The translations under genes and the position numbers were made by a program. 42,946 nucleotides of DNA from a virus (Duplodnaviria; Heunggongvirae; Uroviricota; Caudoviricetes): IMG/VR virus record IMGVR_UViG_3300014204_000003, positions 64,001-106,946 of that record, one strand, 5' to 3'. Position 1 is the first letter of the stretch. The number at the start of each line of letters is the position of its first letter. Shown piece by piece: positions 26,195-35,941 of the stretch. Under the pieces are notes generated by a model, which was given only the letters and a program-made list of their open reading frames with translations, had not been told where the DNA came from and did not search any database.

Positions 26195-26983
26195 TTATCC
26201 TACCCGGAAGGCTTGTCCCCAACCAAACGTACCACCAGCACCCCAGACATGCATAAAATAGCCCATCGTTGCACCATCAATTGGCACTTTTAGGATTTGG
26301 CCATAGTCGAAAATCAATGGCACGAGGATGCACTGATAACAACGACCAGCATAAGTCATCAAAGCAGCGTTTACGCTCACCATTAATTCTTTTGGATGGT
26401 AATTAATGTTCCTATTGAGTGTGAATAAAGGATAATAATTACCACCGGGCGACACATACGAGTTCATTCGGTGGCGCGAACTAATGCCAGCGACATCAGC
26501 CATCCACGCATAGTCTATTTGAGCGCCTGACACAGTGGTGACTTCCCTCGTACCCTTCACATAGGTATGACGCTGATGTGCTGTTTGAGGTTCTGGCGTC
26601 AGGTCTAACATTCCGCCACAAAGAAATTCCGCACTTGCCGATGCATTATAAATGTCAACATGAAAACTGAACGGCGTAGTAAAGATATGCGCTTGTCCTG
26701 AACCTGCCGTTAAATATGCCCGTTGAGCCGTAGTGGCAAGCAATAAATTATTCATGTCCCTGACATTCAGTTCTAAACTAGTTGCTGATATCCGAGTGAA
26801 AATAAGTTTATAAAATCGGTTGTCAGCATCAATCGGAGAACAGTAAACACCGGAACCCTCATCGGTATAATTATGCGCTAGAAGTTCAACAATAATCTCA
26901 TCCAATATTTGCTGGACATCAGTAAGAAATGGCCCTACGTATTTGTATCGGTATGCACACGCGAGAAATGTTGGGACTGCCAT
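26195..26983 (-). CDS. Tail-associated paralogue D
   Basis: Start reassigned to MAVPTFLA (26983); homologous to 26985, 35133 and 35942 genes. Confidence 0.7.
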   Translation of the reverse strand: MAVPTFLACAYRYKYVGPFLTDVQQILDEIIVELLAHNYTDEGSGVYCSPIDADNRFYKLIFTRISATSLELNVRDMNNLLLATTAQRAYLTAGSGQAHIFTTPFSFHVDIYNASASAEFLCGGMLDLTPEPQTAHQRHTYVKGTREVTTVSGAQIDYAWMADVAGISSRHRMNSYVSPGGNYYPLFTLNRNINYHPKELMVSVNAALMTYAGRCYQCILVPLIFDYGQILKVPIDGATMGYFMHVWGAGGTFGWGQAFRVG

Positions 26984-26984
26984 A

Positions 26985-27785
26985 TCAAGCCACCCTGATT
27001 GCAAATTTTCTATAGTAGTTAGTAGTTAAATACATTACGCGGAATGTTCCTGTCAAGCCATTGTCTATTGGAAATACTTGTGTAACACCAAAAGCCAAGC
27101 CATCATCAACCTGCAAACATTGAGGTAATCTGCCAAGCACCGTGGATTGGACGCGATCAATATAATCAATTGGGAATCCAATCCACGCTCCAGCAGCCGA
27201 TCTAGTCATATGAGAAGCATTATAACTAGAATACACTCCCCGCAAGGACCAATTTGATGATGGTGATATATATGCTGTTTGACCAATATCTCGAATATAA
27301 CAGTCTGTTACATACTGGTATTGGAGAGTTCCTGCATCATTGCGTGGCCCCCTAGAACAAACAATAAAAGTCCGAACTTTCGATGGATCTTCAGGCCACA
27401 TATTTAACATTGCTATCCAGAAACATTCCGGGACAGCTCTGGATGATTCAATGCAGCAATAATCCGGTCCTGTGAAATAGAGGACAGGCGTACCACCTGC
27501 ATCAATATCGACATTGGTTGATATCTGATTATTTACAAGCACTCCGGTATCATCATAGCATTGAAATTGCAGACGTGTTGCGCTGGTAGCCGTCAGTGTG
27601 ATCGACATATAGGTGCCAAAAGCTGTTACTGGGCTTTTGAAAGGTCCAGTACCGACACCACTCAGATCAGTCCACCCATTAGCCACCAACTCCACAGCCA
27701 AATCCGCGATGATCGTAGCCACATCGGTCACAGACGCACGAAGGAAATATCGAAATGCTCCAGCCAAAAAACTTGGAACTGCCAT
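26985..27785 (-). CDS. Tail-associated paralogue C
   Basis: MAVPSFLA...DV.TI...L..EL.ANGW; C-terminal GLTGTFRV. Confidence 0.7.
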   Translation of the reverse strand: MAVPSFLAGAFRYFLRASVTDVATIIADLAVELVANGWTDLSGVGTGPFKSPVTAFGTYMSITLTATSATRLQFQCYDDTGVLVNNQISTNVDIDAGGTPVLYFTGPDYCCIESSRAVPECFWIAMLNMWPEDPSKVRTFIVCSRGPRNDAGTLQYQYVTDCYIRDIGQTAYISPSSNWSLRGVYSSYNASHMTRSAAGAWIGFPIDYIDRVQSTVLGRLPQCLQVDDGLAFGVTQVFPIDNGLTGTFRVMYLTTNYYRKFAIRVA

Positions 27786-27786
27786 T

Positions 27787-28614
27787 TTAAACTCCGTATA
27801 TTTCGGTTAAGAATCCCGTAATAATAAATTTGCTATTCGATGCATTAAAAATGAGTTGAACCATGTCTGTAGACCCAGGTGTTGAGGTAAGCACGATATC
27901 AGAGACATTTGACGGTTTAATGATATTATTCCCCATCGTAATAGTTCTGCCCCCAGTGCCATCTTGTGTAAATTCAAATCGCAACTGTTGACCATCGTAA
28001 GCATTACTTGGTGTACCTAGCGTCCGATTACCACCAAGTGTCACGCGAAAGTGATTGCCCAATGATGCGTCAACGGATATCGTGGCGGCATCGACCAATG
28101 CAACACAGGATGGTCCAAGATGACCGGTCATTGCCCGACTGCCGGCGATCGGTAAATATTGAGTATGGTCATCGGCAGGACTGACCAATCCTGACAATGC
28201 GGAATGAGCATGGCTATGAACTACTGGAGCGAAAGCAGCAGCATGAGATCCATCCACGGTATCAGCATCCAATCCGGCAGTAACTAATGAAAGAGTAAGA
28301 TCACCGCTGAGTGCTCCTCCTCCCGCCAAAGGAAGCGTGGTATTTATCAACCTCGTGACAGGAACATTCTCTGGATGCAAATGGGATGTTGGGGCGAAAC
28401 CGGTGTGACCGGATGCAGCATATGCCAAATGGGTAAGGAGAGCGTGATCCATTGTACCGGAACCGCCACCAGACGTACCATCACTAGCGGTTTTTTGATC
28501 CAAGGTAGCGAAGATTCTCCTCAGGGCAAAATTTACCCTTTCCCACTTATCAGAATCTTGGGAATGGCGATCGTAATCAACTTGGTACAATTCCCCAGCT
28601 TGTCTATTTGCCAT
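27787..28614 (-). CDS. Tail fibre-like protein
   Basis: Fibre-type repeats LDADTVDGSHA and His-rich HSHAH/DDHTQY; C-terminal beta domain; directly after the nozzle-like gene. Confidence 0.7.
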   Translation of the reverse strand: MANRQAGELYQVDYDRHSQDSDKWERVNFALRRIFATLDQKTASDGTSGGGSGTMDHALLTHLAYAASGHTGFAPTSHLHPENVPVTRLINTTLPLAGGGALSGDLTLSLVTAGLDADTVDGSHAAAFAPVVHSHAHSALSGLVSPADDHTQYLPIAGSRAMTGHLGPSCVALVDAATISVDASLGNHFRVTLGGNRTLGTPSNAYDGQQLRFEFTQDGTGGRTITMGNNIIKPSNVSDIVLTSTPGSTDMVQLIFNASNSKFIITGFLTEIYGV

Positions 28615-28622
28615 ACCCTACC

Positions 28623-31600
28623 TTAATACGTTGCCGGAGGCGCCGGTTCTGGTCGGCGGTGAGTCTCTTCAGTATTCACGTCTCTGAGAACTATATTGGT
28701 CTTTGCCCAATCGATCTCGAATGCCTGGTTGGAACTGAAGCTATATCGGAATAATTTGCCTTTATACCCTCCCGGAAAATCCATTCTGCGAACTGAATAT
28801 TTGGGGTAAATATCCCCATTGGCCGGAATCGTGAAAGTATTTTTAAATGTGTTATCTATTAAAATATCCAATTGAACATCTTCATTTGGATTCTCAATCA
28901 CATAAAACATTTGCTTAAGAATCTTCTTCCGGGCATAAGCCAAGACTTGCTCGAAACTATCCGCAAGAGTTACATCCGGATTTCTTTGATCGGTAATGTA
29001 GTTTGGGGCAGTATAGAGCCTTACCCCTTGAGGGAGACCATCAGAACCAACTTCATCCACATCAACCGTGATTCTTCCTATTTTACCGAACGACTCAGCG
29101 GCAAGAGATTGAACGATTCTCTGGCGAACATCAGCAACAACTTGAAATGTCTGTGAGACCTGGTTATCAAGCCAGAAAGAGAATTCAATAAGTTTCCCTT
29201 CTGTGTCGATATCCAATTCAACGTGCTTCCAAAGTTTTCTGTAAGGGAATCCGTTATCAGTCCAAGGCATTTGAATGGTATTGAGAAGAGGAGGTTCAGG
29301 AATACATTCAAATCCAAATCCATAAATCTTAACTTCCCAATCTCCATCAGTATAGAATTTGAGTCTGGAAATTATTCCTCTCTGATCTATTCCAAGGCCA
29401 TAATAGAGTTTCCTCCTGCCATCAGCGGTAATATTATCGACAATCGTTTTTATAATCTGATGATCGACTTCGACCTCAATCTTCTCGAGAGGATGCCCAA
29501 AAGTATCCATCTCCACCCAAAATTGATGGAAATATTTGGGGCCCGGAGTCCCGCAATAATCCCAATCAGTAACGTGGGTGCGTCGGCGTTGTGGCTCGAC
29601 AAGGACTCTGTGGATTATTTTGTAGATCCGGGTAGAGGCATCGGCATTGGGGTCTGATTCGAATTGCATCCGGACGCTCATGCGAACGGCGAATCTGCTA
29701 TTCTCTTCTCCCATAACTATTGCGAAGGGTATCCTTTGTCGGCCGAAAGTCTGGATCGTACCAACAGGTTCGAATTCTCCGCCATCGAAACTTACTTGGA
29801 GCGTAACTGGATATCCTTGGGTGTCAGCGTCGACTACTAATTCAATGAATTGCTTCTCCTGATCCGGGAATCCAAGGTCATATTCTTTGGTATCAATAAT
29901 GCAGGGAATCCCATAAGTGACGAGGGCGCCGGTAATCGGAGCCGAACATTCATCCCCATTCCCATAATCAAGATGCATGGGATAATTTCCGGACCTGCGC
30001 ACATCAACTGGAACTCCCGGGACTACCGCATACCATTGAGTGAGATTATCGCCAATCAGAAGATTGGTCTCCGGCTCGAAGAACAGGTTTTGAGCCCCGT
30101 ATATCCTCCAACTCCATCTCTCGTAAAGGGTGTCCCATACAAGCATCCTGTCATTACGGATTAATGGATCAGTAGTTGAGCAATAAGAGAACATGAGTTT
30201 TGAATCAGAGAATCCCATGGACTCTTCCGGCTCCCGGCCGGCAGCAATTGCCTCAATTCCATTTACCTCTTCTCCGAAGAATATTGGATTTATCGGCTCG
30301 GAAATCTTCCTGCCATTGGGAAACTCATAAATACCATCATAAGCCCGCATAAATAGTCCGCGGGTTCCCCGGCATGCGCAGAACTTATTAGACAGCCCTT
30401 GGTTTACGGATGTGCTCTGGGCTCGGTAAACCCCATCTTGGCCGACAATCCGATATACCTTTGTCGTCGTGAAGATAAAGAGTTCTCCGTCATGCTCGAG
30501 AACTCTTTTGATTTCTTCGTTTCCAGACCCAACATAGATATAGTTTTCCGCGGGGAAGTGCTCAATCCTTGTGCCTTTGGAATATCGCAGGCGGTTAAGA
30601 GGTTCGGCAATGCCATCGAGGGATATTCCACCCCATGTCCACATACGATTATCCCAGATTTCGCATCCTTCTACTCCTTCTGGGGAAAGCTGGTTGTCTT
30701 CCTCGATAACATCGCCGGCGTCGATATCAGAAACATTGTCAATCCACGAGAACGCGAACCCTTCGATATAATCGATTTCAGCTATTCTCTGGAATTGAGT
30801 CAGAGTTCCGCCCATTCGGTAAATACGAATCTTATCTGGATTCGATAGTGGCGGCGCAGTCGATGGAGTCGGAGGAAAATTCAGTTGGATCTGCTGATCT
30901 GTTAGGGCTCCAAGATTATTAATAAATGGATCCGCGAAATCGCTTTCAGTATCGGTCTTGCTGTTGTAGAAGGTATAGGTCCACTGGAAATCACTCCCAT
31001 TAAGCTTGCCCACGGGAGAATAAAGAAGGTTATCGAAACTGACGATACAGGTATTGGCACCCACTCCTGGGTCCGCTGTGACTATTTCAACTATTACCGC
31101 CGTTACTGTCTGCCATCCGAGATTAGGAAGAGTCGTACCACTATTATTCGTGAACGCGAAATCAGACTTATAAAATCGAATCTGAGAAAAAACTCCTCCG
31201 GTGAACCCGGAAAGGTCTGTTTCTTCGGCTACAGCAAAGTATTTATATTTTCCTCCAGCATCTCCCGGAGTGTCACTCAATACAAACTTTAACCTTACCT
31301 TGGTGCAATTTGATATAGAATCTGCATCGGCGAACTTTACTGATATCTTAAAAGATTCTGCGGGGTCCAAGCCTCCGAAGTCTTTTACAATTTGATCTCC
31401 ATCACTATTCACAAATATCTTTAATGCACTTCCAAGTTTGGCAGCACCAACTACTGTCATCTTTAATGCATTAGCCGTTTCTCCGGAAGCATCATTTGAG
31501 AGGACTCCAGCATTGGGGATTAAGGGCTCAATGGTTGAATATACAAACCCATTCACTGGTTCATCGTATATTGTCGCCAAAGCGATCGGAACATCATTTA

Positions 31601-32945
31601 CTTTAACCACGCTATCGGCTGTTGGCCCAACATACAAATTCCATGCTATTGCTGTTGCCGGTGCAGCAGAGGTATCGTCATAAGAATCCCATCTGACCAC
31701 AAACCCAAATCCGGTAAGAATGGCTGATGACTGATCAGCTCCTTTATTTGCTTTCCCACTCAGTCCTATTAAACATGGAGAGCGAAGCAATTCCGATGCC
31801 GGCATGGTAATGCTGTAATCATGATTTCCCCCTGTTCCATACACCTGTGATTCTCTTTTATTTGTGACGATCGTCAGAGAATCAATATAGGTATCTCCAT
31901 ATTTTCCTTTAAATTCTGTAATATATTCATCTGAATCAAGGGTGAATTTATACGATGTCCCTCCCGTCCCTCCATGGACAGGTCCATTAACTAATGTCCC
32001 GCTGGCAGTCTGCCATATGAATTGAAGCCTATCGATTCTGGAACCGGCGCCGATTCTAACTTCACTAACCCTTGCGCCCACCGGGATACTCGGATAGACC
32101 GCATCATCAAAGAAGGTTCCAAACCAATTAGTGGGATGAATCGTTGGAAGAGCCTCATAATCGTACTTGGCTTTCTTCCAAAACATCCTGGCGCCCTTTT
32201 GCCTGGGAATATATCCTGGATAGTTTGCGGCACTACAGAATGTCTCTGAATTATCATTCAACACGAATGAATATTTTGCGTAATACCATCTCGAGCTTAA
32301 GTTGCTGACAGGATTAAACCATATCGAAGGATAGTCCTGAGCGGAAATGATAGAGCTACTTCCTCCAGACCATTCCGTGTAATCCTCAAATCCCTCTTCG
32401 AGGATATCTACTGTTACAATCTTCTCAATGCTGATAATTGCGCTGGAAGGCATCGGGATTCCAACTCGCCTGGCAGAATCCAAACCTCCAGAATGTTTAA
32501 GGAATGCAATCCCATCAGCCATAAAAATATAGGGGCGCATCTCTGTTCCTTGGAGTGCGAAGGTGGCCCATAGGGCTCGAGGATCAGTTTCGGATGATAA
32601 ATTATTTCCCCCAATCACTATCCCGAAGTCAGTTCCGCTGGCTATTGGCCAAATGCTCGCATCATTGGGATCAACTATCGGGGCGACATATAATTGTCCA
32701 TTCGTGATGGCATAACGCCATTGGCGATTAACGTAATCCTTGAGGTAATAACTGGAATATGGCGGCGTCGGCAGCCCGGCATTCAACCGGACGAATCCCT
32801 TGCGCACGGAGACCGAGTTCTCTCGATCGGTGTGCGCATTGGAAAGCATCTTATATGCTGTCAGAGGAATTTCATCAGGGGATGATTTGAGAATAATCCC
32901 GGTGTTCGCAAACGTGACAGGTATCGATTGAATTTCCCGAGCCAT
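28623..32945 (-). CDS. Tail nozzle/stabilisation protein (P22 gp10 / T7 gp12-like role) with inserted jacalin-like lectin domain
   Basis: Large beta-rich protein after the adaptors; propeller-like motifs (NRLRYS, GLSNKFC, FMRAYDGIY, WDTLYERWS); jacalin motifs at ~31700-32085. Confidence 0.75.
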   Translation of the reverse strand: MAREIQSIPVTFANTGIILKSSPDEIPLTAYKMLSNAHTDRENSVSVRKGFVRLNAGLPTPPYSSYYLKDYVNRQWRYAITNGQLYVAPIVDPNDASIWPIASGTDFGIVIGGNNLSSETDPRALWATFALQGTEMRPYIFMADGIAFLKHSGGLDSARRVGIPMPSSAIISIEKIVTVDILEEGFEDYTEWSGGSSSIISAQDYPSIWFNPVSNLSSRWYYAKYSFVLNDNSETFCSAANYPGYIPRQKGARMFWKKAKYDYEALPTIHPTNWFGTFFDDAVYPSIPVGARVSEVRIGAGSRIDRLQFIWQTASGTLVNGPVHGGTGGTSYKFTLDSDEYITEFKGKYGDTYIDSLTIVTNKRESQVYGTGGNHDYSITMPASELLRSPCLIGLSGKANKGADQSSAILTGFGFVVRWDSYDDTSAAPATAIAWNLYVGPTADSVVKVNDVPIALATIYDEPVNGFVYSTIEPLIPNAGVLSNDASGETANALKMTVVGAAKLGSALKIFVNSDGDQIVKDFGGLDPAESFKISVKFADADSISNCTKVRLKFVLSDTPGDAGGKYKYFAVAEETDLSGFTGGVFSQIRFYKSDFAFTNNSGTTLPNLGWQTVTAVIVEIVTADPGVGANTCIVSFDNLLYSPVGKLNGSDFQWTYTFYNSKTDTESDFADPFINNLGALTDQQIQLNFPPTPSTAPPLSNPDKIRIYRMGGTLTQFQRIAEIDYIEGFAFSWIDNVSDIDAGDVIEEDNQLSPEGVEGCEIWDNRMWTWGGISLDGIAEPLNRLRYSKGTRIEHFPAENYIYVGSGNEEIKRVLEHDGELFIFTTTKVYRIVGQDGVYRAQSTSVNQGLSNKFCACRGTRGLFMRAYDGIYEFPNGRKISEPINPIFFGEEVNGIEAIAAGREPEESMGFSDSKLMFSYCSTTDPLIRNDRMLVWDTLYERWSWRIYGAQNLFFEPETNLLIGDNLTQWYAVVPGVPVDVRRSGNYPMHLDYGNGDECSAPITGALVTYGIPCIIDTKEYDLGFPDQEKQFIELVVDADTQGYPVTLQVSFDGGEFEPVGTIQTFGRQRIPFAIVMGEENSRFAVRMSVRMQFESDPNADASTRIYKIIHRVLVEPQRRRTHVTDWDYCGTPGPKYFHQFWVEMDTFGHPLEKIEVEVDHQIIKTIVDNITADGRRKLYYGLGIDQRGIISRLKFYTDGDWEVKIYGFGFECIPEPPLLNTIQMPWTDNGFPYRKLWKHVELDIDTEGKLIEFSFWLDNQVSQTFQVVADVRQRIVQSLAAESFGKIGRITVDVDEVGSDGLPQGVRLYTAPNYITDQRNPDVTLADSFEQVLAYARKKILKQMFYVIENPNEDVQLDILIDNTFKNTFTIPANGDIYPKYSVRRMDFPGGYKGKLFRYSFSSNQAFEIDWAKTNIVLRDVNTEETHRRPEPAPPATY

Positions 32946-32946
32946 A

Positions 32947-33582
32947 CTATCCTCTCAAACCGTTTTCAGCGACACCTTTGACTAGACGTTGGGCCAGTTG
33001 GACCCCCACCATATATCTCTGATTGGCATAATTGCTTCTTCCGATATCCTGATCTTCGCAATCTTTAGCCAGAGCCAGAGCCAACACCTTCCACCTTAAA
33101 TAAGGTTCCCAACAGTCTCTAAGATGCAAGCTATCGAAAACCGTCGCGTAGGCATTTGGGAGATAATCTGCTATGACCCTGAGGGTTCCTCCGGCAAGAG
33201 GGATCTTATTAAGTTCTATCTTCGTTATGGCAATATTATCTTCATGCCAATAAGATGGATATCCGGTCGAATTAACCCTCCAATTGCGGTCCTCCAATTC
33301 CAGATTCATTGAACTCTGGCGCAGGACACGTTTGCCGTTTAATGACACTCGATCGATATCCATGGTATTGGCCGGTCGGTCTATCAGGATCCCAGCTCCG
33401 GGAGCAAGCACAACTGATACGTCATATTTCATTGAACCCGTTTGGATGAGGAAATCTCTTTCGGCATAATTCAGATATCCGATCATCTCAGTCCTTGTCC
33501 ATGCTCCGGACAGAAAATCGCTACTGGTCTCGGACAGGTCGGTAGCAATTCTGGAGAGAACAGTATCCACACTAATCGCCAT
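32947..33582 (-). CDS. Head-tail adaptor/ring-like protein (paralogue)
   Basis: N-terminal helix then WTRTEMIGYLNYAERDF; C-terminal helices; similar to the 33572 gene. Confidence 0.65.
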   Translation of the reverse strand: MAISVDTVLSRIATDLSETSSDFLSGAWTRTEMIGYLNYAERDFLIQTGSMKYDVSVVLAPGAGILIDRPANTMDIDRVSLNGKRVLRQSSMNLELEDRNWRVNSTGYPSYWHEDNIAITKIELNKIPLAGGTLRVIADYLPNAYATVFDSLHLRDCWEPYLRWKVLALALAKDCEDQDIGRSNYANQRYMVGVQLAQRLVKGVAENGLRG

Positions 33583-34252
33583 CTTGCTTTTCTCCGGTAG
33601 CTGACTGTTCTCTTAAGCCATCATCGGCCACAACCCCAACCGAGAATCTCGGGAACATACGGATGACATTCCGGCCGCTTTCTGCCTGAACTTTATCCAA
33701 GAAATTTTTATACAGATTGCCGACTTGGCTGATTTCAGATGGGCCTTCCTTGAAGGTTGCTCTTTCTACGCAATAGTCTTCGATTGCGCTTTCGAGTTCT
33801 GCTCTTACCGGCAGTGGGTCGCTATTATCAGTAACCGGAGTGTGTTCTATTATCCCTTCCACATATGCTGTTTTGGCAACCAAGGGACGAGGATAAATCA
33901 GAAGTTTATTTAATCCCAATGGGCACCAGGTCTCGACATTATTGCGATTCTCTCCCGCGGAGTCCCATTTAGCTTCCAAGTCCAAATTATAAAGGGTTTC
34001 CCTTCTTAGATAATTTGGGCACCGAACTCCGGTAGCTGCAATTATTCCGGCCGGCTGATCATAAACATTGTCTATTGTGGTTAAGGCTAATGCCTTTGAT
34101 CCTTGGAATATCCAAGACGCCAGGTTTAATTCAGTGAGGGCATCATTAACGAAGACGAGGATTTCCTCTCGAGTCCAATGGACTGGAACTGTAGTGCTCA
34201 ACTCGTCTAATCTTCTCAGCACTTGGCTGATTATTTCTGCGACTGTTGCCAT
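33572..34252 (-). CDS. Head-tail adaptor/ring-like protein (paralogue)
   Basis: TVAEIISQVLRRLDE...WTREEILVFVNDA; LLIYPRP motif. Confidence 0.7.
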   Translation of the reverse strand: MATVAEIISQVLRRLDELSTTVPVHWTREEILVFVNDALTELNLASWIFQGSKALALTTIDNVYDQPAGIIAATGVRCPNYLRRETLYNLDLEAKWDSAGENRNNVETWCPLGLNKLLIYPRPLVAKTAYVEGIIEHTPVTDNSDPLPVRAELESAIEDYCVERATFKEGPSEISQVGNLYKNFLDKVQAESGRNVIRMFPRFSVGVVADDGLREQSATGEKQDGD

Positions 34253-34602
34253 TATATATTTGTAACATCCGGATTAACGACCAAGTTCCCCTGCGCGAGA
34301 GTGTATATCTTCCCGCTGCCGTCCTGTAATTGCAGGTCCCATACCAAAATAGTTTTTACTTTTGATAATGCCGCGGTGTCCAGAGGAGCAATCGCAACGG
34401 TGAAAAGTCCTTGCGTTGGATTGGTTATCGTTATCCCTGATCCCACTGATTTTTGGAAGATAGCCGCAGAATCGGCATCTGTATATTGGCGCTTTGCGGT
34501 GAAATAGAGCAGGCAACCCGCAAGGTCATAAGGCTCCCCTTCCAAAGTGGCATTCCCACTGAATCCGACATTATCGCCTCTAGTCATTATGAAATTTGCC
34601 AT
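34252..34602 (-). CDS. BppU-like / fibre-attachment beta-sandwich protein
   Basis: Start MANF (AAGGAG RBS); RGD...YDLAGC..FTAK...G.F.V.I...DT..L...WDLQL.D..G..T...G.L.V..DVT pattern. Confidence 0.7.
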   Translation of the reverse strand: MANFIMTRGDNVGFSGNATLEGEPYDLAGCLLYFTAKRQYTDADSAAIFQKSVGSGITITNPTQGLFTVAIAPLDTAALSKVKTILVWDLQLQDGSGKIYTLAQGNLVVNPDVTNI

Positions 34603-34614
34603 ATTCAAAACTCC

Positions 34615-35133
34615 TTATTGGATTACCTTGCACACCATAGTCGCAAGAGGCGCTGCATCTTGGGCAAGATCGGCAAGAGGGGCTTCATCCATCGCTATAA
34701 TCGCAATTGGGTACGCATCCATTTCCAAAATCGCCAATGGCTTACAGGAGGCCGATGTCACAGCGTGACAAACTGGGTCTTCTCCGGGGATTACTTTGGA
34801 ACCTTTAGTCCACAATCCCGCAATCACAGTTAAATTCAGGGTATGGGATACTTCTGGTGCCGATTCGAGGTCTACTGGAGCATAGAAAGACTCTCCGGCC
34901 CTTGAAAACGTCTCAAACATGTCCAATATACTGTCTGGAGTAGGCTGTGTTGCCCGATTGGCATAATTTAGCGGTACATGGGATTCGTAATGCTCATATG
35001 TCCTTTCATAAAAGAGCGAGAATACTGGGGAATTTCTTCCCTCCCAATCTGTGAATACAGACGGATCGGTAGCATCATACTGCGACACAGTAAGCGGAAC
35101 CGCCTGATAATCATGGATAGGGTTCTCTGCCAT
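34615..35133 (-). CDS. Hypothetical protein with C-terminal 10-aa repeats
   Basis: PLAILEMDAY/PIAIIAMDEA/PLADLAQDAA/PLATM; TAATG-coupled to the upstream gene. Confidence 0.65.
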   Translation of the reverse strand: MAENPIHDYQAVPLTVSQYDATDPSVFTDWEGRNSPVFSLFYERTYEHYESHVPLNYANRATQPTPDSILDMFETFSRAGESFYAPVDLESAPEVSHTLNLTVIAGLWTKGSKVIPGEDPVCHAVTSASCKPLAILEMDAYPIAIIAMDEAPLADLAQDAAPLATMVCKVIQ

Positions 35134-35939
35134 TACGGAACTCTCATGACTACTTTAATATCGTAATCGGGATAAGTAGGAACGCTTAACACACGAAATG
35201 TTCCCGTCACTCCAGCATCTACGGGCGCCGATATCTCAGCACCATTCGCTCCCACATCAGAAGGAGCCCATAGCATTTGATAAGCCCGGCCGGCATAAAG
35301 CCTCCGGGCGTCCCCGGGCGTAAGAGCCCACAATCCATATGGAAGGAAGATTCTATATCCCGAGGTATCTCTTTGCGGGCATGGTTGCTGGCTGACCTGG
35401 ACATTATAGGAAGCTACGCGATCAAGTAATGCCGGGGTTCCACTGTCTGACATAAATACCCATCGCATGTACCCGATCGTATTTGTATCTGCCGTATCCC
35501 TGGAACCAAAACCCCAAACATAGTTTGAATGGGAATTATTGGCTTCTGGGGCCATATCGACTATCCCACCGATAAGAATCTGGCCATTTACTGTAAAGTC
35601 ATCCACGTCGATGCAGAAATGGAATTGACCGGTATAAATTCTAACGGAACACCCACTGGTCGAGGGGATAATGATCCTTCGCGCCATGATCGTCAGACCG
35701 TTCTGGTCCTTCAAGGTCATCGTCAATTTGTATTGATCGGTTCTCGTAAATTCAAGATCCATGAATCTCCCGTACCCATCTACCGGAGAGACATATCTTG
35801 TCCCAGAAGGATTTGTCCAAACTGGAGAATTCGTCGTCAGGATCTCAGTGGCGAAGTCGTCCATAATAGTTTGAACATCGGTCACATTATCTCGAGAGAA
35901 ATAGTAATAACTTGAAGCAAGGAATGAAGGGAGTGCCAT
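35133..35939 (-). CDS. Tail-associated paralogue B
   Basis: MALPSFLA...DVQTI; C-terminal GVTGTFRV. Confidence 0.7.
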   Translation of the reverse strand: MALPSFLASSYYYFSRDNVTDVQTIMDDFATEILTTNSPVWTNPSGTRYVSPVDGYGRFMDLEFTRTDQYKLTMTLKDQNGLTIMARRIIIPSTSGCSVRIYTGQFHFCIDVDDFTVNGQILIGGIVDMAPEANNSHSNYVWGFGSRDTADTNTIGYMRWVFMSDSGTPALLDRVASYNVQVSQQPCPQRDTSGYRIFLPYGLWALTPGDARRLYAGRAYQMLWAPSDVGANGAEISAPVDAGVTGTFRVLSVPTYPDYDIKVVMRVP

Positions 35940-35941
35940 TT

